From contig CBDCDC010000001.1 in assembly GCA_965215195.1 (NCBI GenBank), positions 384,001-448,000 on the forward strand: 64,000 bases of DNA. The letters are read 5' to 3'. Source of the DNA: Candidatus Latescibacterota bacterium (GTDB lineage Bacteria > Latescibacterota > UBA2968 > UBA8231). The notes under the pieces are model-generated. The model was not told the DNA's origin. It did not search any database and was given only the letters and a program-made list of their open reading frames with translations. Each line of letters opens with the position of its first letter. Position 1 is the stretch's first letter. The translations under genes were made by a program, and so were the position numbers. This document shows positions 27,124-36,585 of this stretch, piece by piece.

Positions 27124-27977
27124 GACGCGACCCGCCATATACGCGGATTGGCAATGCGGTCCAAGCCCATGGAGATGAGGAACAAGCCGAGAAAGATCAG
27201 CACGATCATCACAATCGGCGGCACCCACCACCACCACATGCCTCGCAGCAGGGAAGTGTAGTACAAAGCCCAGTACATGGTCATCCCAAGGGTAGGCTCA
27301 TTCTGCGGCCCCAAACCCAACGCTTCCAGTCCGATCGAAGCTAACACCGCAGCCGCCACCGCACTGACAAAGCTGGCCGCCAGATAGGGCAGCAGATTCG
27401 GCAGCAGCTCGCGGGCGATAATCTCCAAGTCCCTCATGCCGGAGAGCCGCGCCACCTGCACGTACGCGCGCTCGCGCATGGACAGCACCTGCGAGCGGAT
27501 AGTGCGCGTCGGCAGCATCCACGCCAGCGAAGCCACCACGAGGGCCATCATATCGACCGTGACGGCCGTGCGCAGCGAGGTCGCCAGCACCACGAGAAAC
27601 AGAAGGCCGGGCACGGTCAGCAGCACGTCGGCCGCCCCCCGGATCAAGGTATCTACCAAGCCGCCAAAGTACCCGGCGAGAAAGCCGAGGATGATGCCGA
27701 TGCCAAGGCCCACGGCCCCGGCGAGAAAGCCGACCCTGAGCGTGAGCGGCGTACCGGCCACCATCACCGCGAGCAGGTCCCGCCCGGCCGCGTCCGTGCC
27801 GAGGAGGTGCTCCAGCGACGGCGACAGATTGGGTTCGGCCGAGCCGACGCGGGCCAGCTCCGTATCGACGAACAAGGCCCCCACAGGACCAAAGGCGAGC
27901 ACGACAGAGACGACGATTAAGCCGGCCGCAAGCTGGGGGTGGCGGCGCGCTGCTGTGGCGATCGCAGAGAGCATCAT
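27120..27977 (-). CDS. Peptide ABC transporter permease (OppC-like)
   Basis: HLLGTD..GRD, EAA-like loop and NPR terminus. ATGA overlap with the upstream stop. Confidence 0.9.
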   Translation of the reverse strand: MMLSAIATAARRHPQLAAGLIVVSVVLAFGPVGALFVDTELARVGSAEPNLSPSLEHLLGTDAAGRDLLAVMVAGTPLTLRVGFLAGAVGLGIGIILGFLAGYFGGLVDTLIRGAADVLLTVPGLLFLVVLATSLRTAVTVDMMALVVASLAWMLPTRTIRSQVLSMRERAYVQVARLSGMRDLEIIARELLPNLLPYLAASFVSAVAAAVLASIGLEALGLGPQNEPTLGMTMYWALYYTSLLRGMWWWWVPPIVMIVLIFLGLFLISMGLDRIANPRIWRVAS

Positions 27978-29308
27978 CGGCGGTAGGCAGTGGGGCAATC
28001 CACATCAAGGAGAAAACGCCAAGCGGCGGCGACTTCGATCGCGCCGGTGTCAACGGCAATGCGTTCCTCTTCGCCGGGGCCGGCAAGTCCACCGCGGGTC
28101 ACCAGCACACTCGTTCCCAAGTTTAGCTCGCCCATGGCGTCGCGCAGTGCGGTCACTTCCCGTTGCTTGGTCCTCGGGTCTGCAAGGGACTCGCATACTT
28201 GGATCAGCAGGCGCGAGCCGTCCTCCATGCAGGCGACGAAATCCACTTCGCGACCGCTCCTCGACTTGTAGTAGAAAACCTCGGGGGTAGCGCGGCGGAG
28301 CGCCGTGAACACGAGGTTTTCGAGCAAATGGCCGCTGTTTACGAGGATGCCGGAGGAGACCGATTCAACAAGTGCGTGATCGACGCAATAGATTTTCTTG
28401 GGGTTCGCGTTGGCCCGTGCTAGGGATGCGTCGAAGAGGCGCACTGTGAACAGGAAGAAGGCATCCTCGAACCAGTGCAGGTAGTCGGAAACCGCCGACT
28501 TAGGTGCGCGATGGCCGAGTGCCTGCAAGTAGCCGGTAAGGCGGTTGACGGAGTACAAGGACGCAATGTTGTCCACCAGCCAGTGGGCCAGATCAGAGAC
28601 CGCTCGGGGATGGGAGACGTCGTGGCGTTCGATGAGATCGCGGAACAGCATCGCGCCCCAATACTCCTGGTGAGTTTTAATCCGCAGCCGGCGGTCAAAA
28701 CCCGCGACCTCCGGGAACCCGCCGCTCTCCCAGTACTGATCGAATCCGCTCTGGATCAGCAGGCGTCGCCGGGCGGACAAGGAACCGGCACTGTCGATAC
28801 CCTTGAAGTCGAGGAACTCTCGAAACGAAAAGGGGAACAGCGCCCGTCCGCGCATCTGCGTTGCGACCTCCCGCGACAGCATCCGCGCCGACGAGCCGGT
28901 GATGTACACCTCGCACTTCTCGGTGCGCATTATCCGATCCACAAAAGACTCCCAGCCGGGTACGACCTGAATCTCGTCGAAGAAGCAGTAAACCGTTTGT
29001 GTGTTCTTCTTCTCGGGGTAAAGCAAATAGTATGTCTCCAGCACTGCGGCGAGTCCATCGCGTTGCAGGTGATGCAGGCGGTCGTCGAAGAAGTTCAGAT
29101 ACAGGATGTTATCGCGGGGGATACCAGCGTCGAGGAGCTTGCGGATGAGCTGGAACAGAAAGGTGGATTTTCCACTCCGCCGCGGGCCGATGCAGACCGT
29201 TGCCTTTCCCGGTGCCGTCTTCACCGCGACCCGCCGCGGGACGCCGGTCGCCAGCGCCTCCTCCTGAAAGTCCAAGATGATTTCCCTCAGCGCACCCGTA
29301 GCAGTCAA
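27974..29308 (-). CDS. AAA_14/DUF4143 family ATPase inserted between the two permease genes
   Basis: Walker A GPRRSGKS, Walker B FFDEIQ, ITGSS, GGFPE, KIYCVD, LLEN.VF and EVDF..LIQV. Start uncertain (TTG 29308 or 29371), with an AT-rich upstream region. Confidence 0.88.
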   Translation of the reverse strand: MTATGALREIILDFQEEALATGVPRRVAVKTAPGKATVCIGPRRSGKSTFLFQLIRKLLDAGIPRDNILYLNFFDDRLHHLQRDGLAAVLETYYLLYPEKKNTQTVYCFFDEIQVVPGWESFVDRIMRTEKCEVYITGSSARMLSREVATQMRGRALFPFSFREFLDFKGIDSAGSLSARRRLLIQSGFDQYWESGGFPEVAGFDRRLRIKTHQEYWGAMLFRDLIERHDVSHPRAVSDLAHWLVDNIASLYSVNRLTGYLQALGHRAPKSAVSDYLHWFEDAFFLFTVRLFDASLARANANPKKIYCVDHALVESVSSGILVNSGHLLENLVFTALRRATPEVFYYKSRSGREVDFVACMEDGSRLLIQVCESLADPRTKQREVTALRDAMGELNLGTSVLVTRGGLAGPGEEERIAVDTGAIEVAAAWRFLLDVDCPTAYRR

Positions 29309-29405
29309 TTTTATTCCCGATTTTTCGTTAAATTGGACATTAAAATTACCAATTTTAATTATGATTGGCAAATAATACTACCGATATGGGTGCGCGCGGT
29401 AGGCA
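27980..29405. mobile_element. Transposase-free insertion carrying the AAA gene, bounded by a 10-bp direct repeat GCGGTAGGCA
   Basis: Exact copies at 27980-27989 and 29396-29405. Excision restores the permease end IAYRR* overlapping the next ATG. Confidence 0.7.
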
Positions 29406-30391
29406 ATGCGCGGGTCGAGAAGCGGATAAACCAAGTCGAGAATCAAGGTCACCACGGCGATGGCGAGGATGACCATGAGCACGACGCCGTAGATGACGAA
29501 GTAGTCAAAAGTCTGCACGGCGCGGTACAGCACCGTGCCCACACCCGGGTACGCGAACACCACCTCCACCAGCACGGCCCCGGACACGACGTAGCCCATG
29601 GCCAGCGCCAAGGCCGTAGTCTGCGGCAACAGGGCGTTGCGCAGGGCGTAGCGGAAGAAGATGTCGCGGCTCTTCAGGCCCCGGGCCTCGGCGTAGTTGA
29701 CGTAGTCCTCGCCCTGGACGGTGACCATCATGCCGCGCATCGACAAAGCCCAAAACCCCACCGACGACAGCACAATCGACAGGGCCGGGACGATGGAGTG
29801 ATAGAGCGCGTCAATGGCAAAGGCCAAGGTCGGCCCGGGCAGGGTTCCCAAGGTGAAACCGCCGCCGAGGGGAAAGGCGCGCAGGGTGAAGCCCAGCAAG
29901 AACACGAGGACCAAGCCGAGCAAGTAATAGGGAATCGCCGACAGCGCCAAGAAGGGCGCGGCAAAGTAGTGCAGGGCACCGGGGGATCGCGGCCACGCCA
30001 GCAGGGCGCCGAGCACCGTGCCGAGGGCAAAGGCGATCAGGGTCGCCGTCGTCAGCAGACCGAGCGTCCACGGCAGAGCGCGCAGGATGATGTCGGAAGC
30101 GCGGCTCGGAAAGTTGGCGATGGAAACCCCAAAGTCGAGACGCGCCACATCTCCGAGGTAGCGCAGGTACTGCTTCCACAGGGGCTGGTCGAGACCGAAG
30201 CGGGCCTCGTACGTGGCTACTACGGCCTCCATGTCGGTCTTGCCCGCGCCGCCGAAGGAGACCGCCTGCAACAGGCGCTCGCGGATGGGGTTCACCGGCG
30301 CCAGCCGCGGCATCAGGAAGTTGATGGTGGCCCCGGCCCACACGACGAGCAGGAACACCCCGAGGCGGCGGAAGACGTAGTTGAGCGACAA
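29378..30391 (-). CDS. Peptide ABC transporter permease (OppB-like)
   Basis: FGLDQPLWKQY, ARGL..RYALRNALLP, VEVVFAYPG and LDPRI motifs. Confidence 0.92.
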   Translation of the reverse strand: MSLNYVFRRLGVFLLVVWAGATINFLMPRLAPVNPIRERLLQAVSFGGAGKTDMEAVVATYEARFGLDQPLWKQYLRYLGDVARLDFGVSIANFPSRASDIILRALPWTLGLLTTATLIAFALGTVLGALLAWPRSPGALHYFAAPFLALSAIPYYLLGLVLVFLLGFTLRAFPLGGGFTLGTLPGPTLAFAIDALYHSIVPALSIVLSSVGFWALSMRGMMVTVQGEDYVNYAEARGLKSRDIFFRYALRNALLPQTTALALAMGYVVSGAVLVEVVFAYPGVGTVLYRAVQTFDYFVIYGVVLMVILAIAVVTLILDLVYPLLDPRIAYRAHPYR

Positions 30392-30392
30392 G

Positions 30393-31535
30393 TCAGCTTG
30401 ACTCCGCGCCGAAGAAGCCGAGGTCTTCGCGCACCGCGCCGCGCGCCACCTCCTCGTCGAGCGCGACCCCGAGACCGGGAGTTTGCGGCAAGGCGATGCG
30501 CCCGTTGACGATCAGGTCGCGCTCCACCGTGAGGCTGTTCCACAGCTCGTTGTCGAGGTGGTGGAACTCCAACACTTGAAAGTTGGGAGACGCAGCGCAC
30601 GTGTGGCACATGGCCACGGTGCCGATTGGGCTACAGATGTTGTGCGGTGAAATCGGGATGTAGTACATGTCGGCCAGATCGGCGATGCGCCGGCCCTCGG
30701 ACAGGCCGCCGGCTTTGGCCAGATCCGGGGAGATGATATCCGTGGCCTGCGTCTCGACCAACTCGCGGAATCCGTGCCGCGTGTACAGGTTTTCGCCCGT
30801 GCAGATCGGAGTGCGCGTCGCGGCCTTCACTTCCCTGAGCGCGGCGACGTTTTCGGCTGGAATTGGATCTTCCAACCACATCAAATCCAGCACCTCAAGC
30901 GCGTAGGCAACCTTGAGGATGTCGTGGGGCGCGTACGCCCAGTGGGCGTCGATGAGCAAATCGGTATTGGGATGCAAGGCTTGGCGGATCGCCGTTACTA
31001 CTTCGAGGTGGAAGGCGATGTCGCTGTTGCTCATGGTGCGGTTGTAGTGGTCGCGCCGGTTGGGGCGCGGATCAATGTCGAACTTGATGGCGTCAAAGCC
31101 GCGCGCTTCCACTGCCTTGGCCTTGGCGGCCCAAGATTCGGGATTGTCGTCCTCGTCGCCGGCGTGGCAGTCGTTGTACACGCGAATTGAGTCGCGGTAC
31201 GCGCCGCCCAGCAATTGCCAGATCGGCACGCCAAGTGCCTGTCCGGCGATATCCCACAGCGCCATCTCAATGCCGCTAATCGCACTCATCACCGCGCCTT
31301 GGTAGTACCCCGACGCCGACATTGAGCTTTGCATGTCGCGGAAGAGCTTATCGACGTTGCGCGGGTCCTCGCCGATGAGGGCGCGGTGGGTGAGGCGTTC
31401 ATCCACCGCGATGTGGTGGACGCCGGCCCCGTGATAGGCCTCGCCAATGCCGGTGATTCCCGCGTCGGTGCGCACCTTCACCAGCACCCAAGGCATGGGT
31501 TGTAGTAGCACGGCACCCACATCGACAATTTTCAT
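30393..31535 (-). CDS. Mandelate racemase/muconate lactonizing enzyme family (galactonate dehydratase-like)
   Basis: GITGIGE, IEMALWDI.G, K.D, DAH, WLEDP, TGEN and PGLGV motifs. Confidence 0.9.
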   Translation of the reverse strand: MKIVDVGAVLLQPMPWVLVKVRTDAGITGIGEAYHGAGVHHIAVDERLTHRALIGEDPRNVDKLFRDMQSSMSASGYYQGAVMSAISGIEMALWDIAGQALGVPIWQLLGGAYRDSIRVYNDCHAGDEDDNPESWAAKAKAVEARGFDAIKFDIDPRPNRRDHYNRTMSNSDIAFHLEVVTAIRQALHPNTDLLIDAHWAYAPHDILKVAYALEVLDLMWLEDPIPAENVAALREVKAATRTPICTGENLYTRHGFRELVETQATDIISPDLAKAGGLSEGRRIADLADMYYIPISPHNICSPIGTVAMCHTCAASPNFQVLEFHHLDNELWNSLTVERDLIVNGRIALPQTPGLGVALDEEVARGAVREDLGFFGAESS

Positions 31536-31691
31536 CGCTACCCTTCTCTGTCGCTATTCTCAATCTGCGCGAGACATTGGTGCGTCCTTCCCGTTGAATG
31601 AAGATACGCTCCTCATTACATTGAAGGCGTCCAAAGCGCCGCCAATGTATTGCCCCCCCCACCCTCCGTCAAGCTCTTTAGGAGAAACCAC

Positions 31692-32525
31692 ATGATCCGC
31701 CTCAACCAACAGCAAATCAGCTTTTTCGACACCTTCGGCTACTTGGCACTGCCGGGGTTGATGGCCGACTGCATCGACGAGATCACCGACGCCTTTGAGC
31801 AGGTTTGGGCCGAGCGCGGCGGGGGCCACGATGGCCAACCGCACGATGGCGAACGGCGTTCCTGCATCGTGCCCTTCATCGATCAACACGAGCGCCTGTG
31901 CGCCCTGCTCGACGATCCGCGCATCGAAGGGCTGCTCGCCAGCCTGCTCGGCGACGACTTCAACTACAGCAGCTCCGACGGCAACTACTACGCCGGCGAC
32001 ACCCAGTGGCATTCCGATGGCTACCAAAAGGAAGTGCGCCACGTCAAAATCGCCTTCTACCTCGATCGCCTGACCCGCGACACCGGCTGCCTGCGCGTGA
32101 TCCCGGGCAGCCACCGGCGCGGCGACCAGTACGCCGAGACGCTCGAAGCCAACGCGCGCCAATCGCAGGACCTGTGGGGCCTCTCCGGCGACCAAGTGCC
32201 GGCCGTCGCGCTCGAAATCGTCCCGGGAGACGTCGTCGTCTTCCAGCACAACCTCAAACACGCGGCCTTCGGGGGCGGTGGCCGTCGCCGCATGTTCACC
32301 ATCAACTGCATGGTGCGCGTACCCGACGATCAGCTCGACCTCGTCAAACAGGACATCGCCGGACTGGCCCGCTTCTGGACGGAGCGCGCGTACGGCGAAA
32401 CCATGCTCGCCACGGCCAATGAACGCCGCATGGTGCATCTCGAACAGCGAATGGCCAACGACGGCCACCTCAAAGAGCTAGCGGCGAAGGCGCGGGCCGA
32501 CATGGCCGAGCCTTCGCGGGGATAG
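31692..32525 (+). CDS. Phytanoyl-CoA dioxygenase (PhyH) family Fe(II)/2OG enzyme with canonical HxD
   Basis: WHSD, LRVIPGSH and GDVVVF...LKH...RR motifs. ATG 31692 after AGGAG. Confidence 0.9.
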   Translation: MIRLNQQQISFFDTFGYLALPGLMADCIDEITDAFEQVWAERGGGHDGQPHDGERRSCIVPFIDQHERLCALLDDPRIEGLLASLLGDDFNYSSSDGNYYAGDTQWHSDGYQKEVRHVKIAFYLDRLTRDTGCLRVIPGSHRRGDQYAETLEANARQSQDLWGLSGDQVPAVALEIVPGDVVVFQHNLKHAAFGGGGRRRMFTINCMVRVPDDQLDLVKQDIAGLARFWTERAYGETMLATANERRMVHLEQRMANDGHLKELAAKARADMAEPSRG

Positions 32526-32532
32526 AGAAATC

Positions 32533-33459
32533 ATGAGCGACCACTACGAATTCAAAATGGGGATCTACCTCGGAGAGCTGCAGCAGCCATTCGAGCAATC
32601 GCTGGCGACGGCGCGCGATCTCGGCGCACGCTACATCTGGTGCGGCACGCACTCGGACAACCGCAGCCTGTACGAGCTTTCCGACGCCGAGATAGATCAA
32701 GCCGCCGCGCAAGTCGCCGCGCACGGTCTCGAGTTTTTCCTGCTCGACGGGGCCGGGTTGTTCAAGACAGTGCATCTCGCCGAGCTCGAGCCGGGCAAGA
32801 TGCTGGAGCACGCCCAGTTCAAGGAGCATTTCACCAAGCTAAAACGGTCCATGGAGGTCTCGGCCCGCTTGGGGATCGGAGCGGTCGGCTGCAGCAGCTT
32901 TGCCTGGCCGGCCGAGTACAGCGGCGGCAAGCCGACTTGGCCGATGCGCTGGGCGACCCGGGGCGGCATCATCTCCGACGGCGACATGGAGAAGCTCGTC
33001 GAGGCGTTCTCCATGTTCGCCGACCTCGCCGAGAAGCGCGACATCGACATCGCCTTCCTGATGATGCAGTGGAATTATGGCAACACCAGCCGCAACTTTC
33101 GCCGCATCGTCGAGGCCGTAGGCTCGCGGCGCTTCAAGGTGCTGTGGTGCCCAGCCGACAACTACAACTGCGGCGAAATCGACAACGCCACCGCCGGATT
33201 TGAAAACCTGCGCCCCTACCTGCACGGCGTCCACGCCAAGGATCTGCGCACCATAAACGGCTCAAAGCTCGAATTCGAGTACGCGCCCATCGGCGATGGG
33301 GACGTTGACTACCCCACGATCCTGCGCAACCTGCGCGACAACCGCTGCGACGTCGTCCTGTCGATTGCCACCCACTTTCTGCCGGCAAGCGGGTCGCGGC
33401 TCGAAGCCATGCAGACGAACTACGCCAATATCCGCAGGCTAATCGGCGAGCTGTCGTAG
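32533..33459 (+). CDS. Sugar phosphate isomerase/epimerase (xylose isomerase-like TIM barrel), divergent
   Basis: VHAKD and IGDGDVDY motifs. Several usual metal-binding acidic residues appear to be substituted. Confidence 0.75.
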   Translation: MSDHYEFKMGIYLGELQQPFEQSLATARDLGARYIWCGTHSDNRSLYELSDAEIDQAAAQVAAHGLEFFLLDGAGLFKTVHLAELEPGKMLEHAQFKEHFTKLKRSMEVSARLGIGAVGCSSFAWPAEYSGGKPTWPMRWATRGGIISDGDMEKLVEAFSMFADLAEKRDIDIAFLMMQWNYGNTSRNFRRIVEAVGSRRFKVLWCPADNYNCGEIDNATAGFENLRPYLHGVHAKDLRTINGSKLEFEYAPIGDGDVDYPTILRNLRDNRCDVVLSIATHFLPASGSRLEAMQTNYANIRRLIGELS

Positions 33460-33498
33460 CCTCTACCGTCTCATTCCGAATCCAACAGGAAGGTAGGC

Positions 33499-34242
33499 AT
33501 GGCTGATTCGGCGCAGGGCGCCAGCGTCGTCATTCTATTCCGGGGTGGACGCTTGCCTGAGTGGCATCAACTCGACGAGACGCAGCGGCGCGACTACGAG
33601 CGCCAGCACGTGGACCTGATGCTGTCCGTCTCCGAGCACCACGGCTTGCTCGGCCTGCACGGGTATCGCCTGCTGGCACCCCGAGACAGTTGGGAGCGGT
33701 TCTGGACCATCGAATTCCCGGACTTGGCCGGTGCCGAGGCCTGGATGTCGGCTGAAGTGGAGCCTCCGTACGGACGCTATGGCTTCTACGACTACTCACT
33801 CGCCCGCCGCTGGCAACCGGAGGGCCTAGCTTGGCTACCCCGCAAGCCCGAGCCTCCCGTGGCCCCCGACGCGGATCCGCACGTAATCCCACCCCTGACC
33901 GTTGATCCCTCCTCGATCGTCGTACTCGCCTTTGGCGGCTGGCGTCGCGGCTCCGACCAAGTTGACCCCCGGACGCACGGCGACGAGGAGCACCAGCAGC
34001 GATTACAGGAGGTGGCCCGAGGCCACGGCCTCATCCACGGAGCGGTCTTCCGCCGGTTCGGGACCAGCACCAAAGGCGAATTTCTTTGGATCTTGGAGTT
34101 CCCCCGGCTGGCCGGTGCCGAGGCTTGGATCGAAGCCGAGACAGCACCACTAGCCAGAGTCCAGCAAAAACGCAACTTCCACCTCGCCAGACGCTGGGCA
34201 CCCGGGTACTTCGCCACTTGGCCGCCGAGGATGGGCGGCTGA
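33499..34242 (+). CDS. Hypothetical protein with two tandem dimeric alpha+beta barrel (chlorite dismutase-like) domains
   Basis: Internal duplication WTIEFPDLAGAEAW / WILEFPRLAGAEAW and LARRW twice. N-terminal EWHQLDETQRRDYERQH. Confidence 0.55.
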   Translation: MADSAQGASVVILFRGGRLPEWHQLDETQRRDYERQHVDLMLSVSEHHGLLGLHGYRLLAPRDSWERFWTIEFPDLAGAEAWMSAEVEPPYGRYGFYDYSLARRWQPEGLAWLPRKPEPPVAPDADPHVIPPLTVDPSSIVVLAFGGWRRGSDQVDPRTHGDEEHQQRLQEVARGHGLIHGAVFRRFGTSTKGEFLWILEFPRLAGAEAWIEAETAPLARVQQKRNFHLARRWAPGYFATWPPRMGG

Positions 34243-34272
34243 GGTCCAGCGGGCGAGCGACCGCACCCGCCA

Positions 34273-35016
34273 TCAGAGCAGCATGTCGCCCACCAAGGCC
34301 AGTGCAAAGCCGCATACGGCACCGATGGGGGGTAGCCAGTGGCGTTCGAGTCGGGATTGGGGAGCGATGTCCTCAAACGTGAGGTAGAGGATGCCGCCAG
34401 CGGCGAACAGCATAATGGCCCCGAGTACTGCGTCGTGATCGGCGAGCCAGAACCAGCCGATGAGTCCGCAGATGGGACCGACCAAGCCGAATAGGACCAT
34501 CCAGCCGAGTGCCCGGTCGCCGCCCGACTTGTCCCCTATCTCACGCCAAGCGTTGAACCCTTCGGGCAGATTCTGCAGGCCAATGAGCACAGCCAATAGA
34601 ACGGTGTCTTCTTCGTTGGCGGCGAACATGCCCCCGAGTGCAATGGATTCAGGGATGAAATCCGCCGCCATCGCGCTGAACTGCGGTGTCGGCCGCTGTA
34701 GTTGCGCTTGGTACTTATCAAACGCCATGAACGCGAGGCCGCCGACCACCAAGATCCCTGTCGCGGCGAGCGGATGCGGCAGCCGCTCAATGCCCTCAGG
34801 AACCAACACTAGCGCCACGGCACCGACCAAGACGCCCCCGCCAAACGCGATTGCGAAGTGGCGCAGTTCCTCTTCGAGCCACTGTGGGCGGATGTGCTCA
34901 ATGCGGGCCAGCAGTGCCCCGATGGGAATGCAGGCCCCGGCCAGCGTGGTCCAGATTAGCAGCAGGGTGAGCCGATCCAAACCGACGCGAATCAGTTCCT
35001 GTTCAGCGGTTTCCAC
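34273..35016 (-). CDS. ZIP-family divalent metal transporter
   Basis: AFGGGVL, DFIPES, QNLPEG and FAAGGILY motifs. Confidence 0.85.
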   Translation of the reverse strand: METAEQELIRVGLDRLTLLLIWTTLAGACIPIGALLARIEHIRPQWLEEELRHFAIAFGGGVLVGAVALVLVPEGIERLPHPLAATGILVVGGLAFMAFDKYQAQLQRPTPQFSAMAADFIPESIALGGMFAANEEDTVLLAVLIGLQNLPEGFNAWREIGDKSGGDRALGWMVLFGLVGPICGLIGWFWLADHDAVLGAIMLFAAGGILYLTFEDIAPQSRLERHWLPPIGAVCGFALALVGDMLL

Positions 35017-35045
35017 ACCTCACTCCGTTGGGATTTAGAACGCGC

Positions 35046-36014
35046 TCAGAACCAGTTTTCTTTATTCACCACATTCACCAAGACCTCGCCGCGGGCGAAG
35101 CGCTGGCAATTTTCCACCAGCAGATCGCGCCGGCGCTCGTCCAGATAAGGGCCGGCCGCGGCCACGTGCGGGGTCATCAGAAAGTTCGGAGCCGTCCACA
35201 GCGGGTGCTCCGGCGGCAGTGGCTCCTCCTCAAATACGTCTAGGCCGGCACCGGCGATTTGGCCTTCGCGCAGGGCTTGGTCGAGGTCGGCCAGCTTAGC
35301 GTTTGCGCCGCGACCAATGTTGACGAAGTACGCGCTGTTCTTCATCTGCTCGAACTGGGCGCTAGTGAAAAGGCCCTCGGTCTGCGGCGTCTGCGGCGCG
35401 GTGACCAAGACGAAATCCGCCCTCGGCAGGAGCCGGTTGAGCGCGTCCGGGCGGTATAACTCGTCAACGCCCGCCGGCGGCGACTCAACGCGAGGGTCGA
35501 TGCCAATGGTCGTCATGCCCCAATTCTTGCACTGGTGCGCGGTCTCTGCACCAATCCCGCCGACGCCGACGATCAGGGCGGTGGCTTCGGGCAGGTAGGT
35601 CGAGGAGCTCGATTCCCCTCGGCTGCGCCAATGGCCGGCGAACTGGTCGCGGAAGTAGCGGTGCATGCCGCGCGCGAGCGCGAGCACAAAGGCCATGATA
35701 TGGGCCGAGATGTGGTCGTTGAAGATGCCGCGAAAATTGGTCACAACCACGTCGCTGGCGATGAGTTGCGGGAAGTAATACCCCTTGGGCGGGCCAGCGG
35801 CTGGGGCGGCCAACCACTTGAGCTGGGCGGCCGCGGCCAACAGCTCTGGGTCCAAGGTGCCGAAACAGGCTTGCGCGGTGGGGAGAGCGGCGAGAGCTTG
35901 GGCGCGGCTTGCGCAGTGGACGATCTCCATCGCGGGGACGGCCGCGGACATGGCAGCGGCTAGCTCGCGGGTGCGCTCGCTAGCAGGTGCCAGAAAAACG
36001 AACTTGAAGGACAT
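35046..36014 (-). CDS. D-2-hydroxyacid dehydrogenase
   Basis: GVGGIG, NIGRG, LDVFEEEPLP and TPH motifs. Start at ATG 36014. Confidence 0.9.
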   Translation of the reverse strand: MSFKFVFLAPASERTRELAAAMSAAVPAMEIVHCASRAQALAALPTAQACFGTLDPELLAAAAQLKWLAAPAAGPPKGYYFPQLIASDVVVTNFRGIFNDHISAHIMAFVLALARGMHRYFRDQFAGHWRSRGESSSSTYLPEATALIVGVGGIGAETAHQCKNWGMTTIGIDPRVESPPAGVDELYRPDALNRLLPRADFVLVTAPQTPQTEGLFTSAQFEQMKNSAYFVNIGRGANAKLADLDQALREGQIAGAGLDVFEEEPLPPEHPLWTAPNFLMTPHVAAAGPYLDERRRDLLVENCQRFARGEVLVNVVNKENWF

Positions 36015-36124
36015 GGCATTCCTTTCGCTAATTTGCACAGGGATAGGGCCGTTTTGGCGGGAATATATCGCAAGGCACCTGAGACGACAATTGAGCCGCA
36101 ATCCCTCCCGCTCCTGTCAAACCG

Positions 36125-36153
36125 TTCACTTTTGTCGGCATCGTGCGTATATT
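36125..36153 (+). promoter_or_regulatory. Putative sigma70 promoter of the MNT-HEPN pair
   Basis: TTCACT-17 bp-TATATT, 9 bp before ATG 36163. Confidence 0.45.
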
Positions 36154-36162
36154 TCCCGCTAG

Positions 36163-36585
36163 ATGCAGCATCACTCCCTAGACCCTCAATCAACGGCTTT
36201 GGCCATGCCCCCCTGCTCCCCAATAACACCCGCTGAAATGGATGCCTACCGCGAGGCGGCCCGCCAACGCCACCGCGCCGCAAAGGAGCGTCTGCAGATT
36301 CGTCGTCAGCGCGCTTGGAACCTAGCGCGGCAAGCCGCCCGCCTACTAGAAAACCACTTCAACGCCAAGCGGGTAGTGCTCTTCGGCTCACTGGCGCACG
36401 AGGACCGACTCAACCTCTGGTCCGATATAGATATCGCCGCTTGGGGCCTCCAGCCCGAGGACACTTGGCGGGCACTCGGAGCGGTCATGGATCTCGACTC
36501 GGATATCGAAGTGAACTTGGTCGATATGGCCTGCTGTCGTCCTGTTTTAAGAGCGGTTATCGAGCGCGAAGGGATCGAGCTGTGA
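36163..36585 (+). CDS. Minimal nucleotidyltransferase (MNT) antitoxin
   Basis: LFGSLA...SDIDIA...VNLVD motifs. Start could be 36163, 36205 or 36238. Confidence 0.85.
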   Translation: MQHHSLDPQSTALAMPPCSPITPAEMDAYREAARQRHRAAKERLQIRRQRAWNLARQAARLLENHFNAKRVVLFGSLAHEDRLNLWSDIDIAAWGLQPEDTWRALGAVMDLDSDIEVNLVDMACCRPVLRAVIEREGIEL

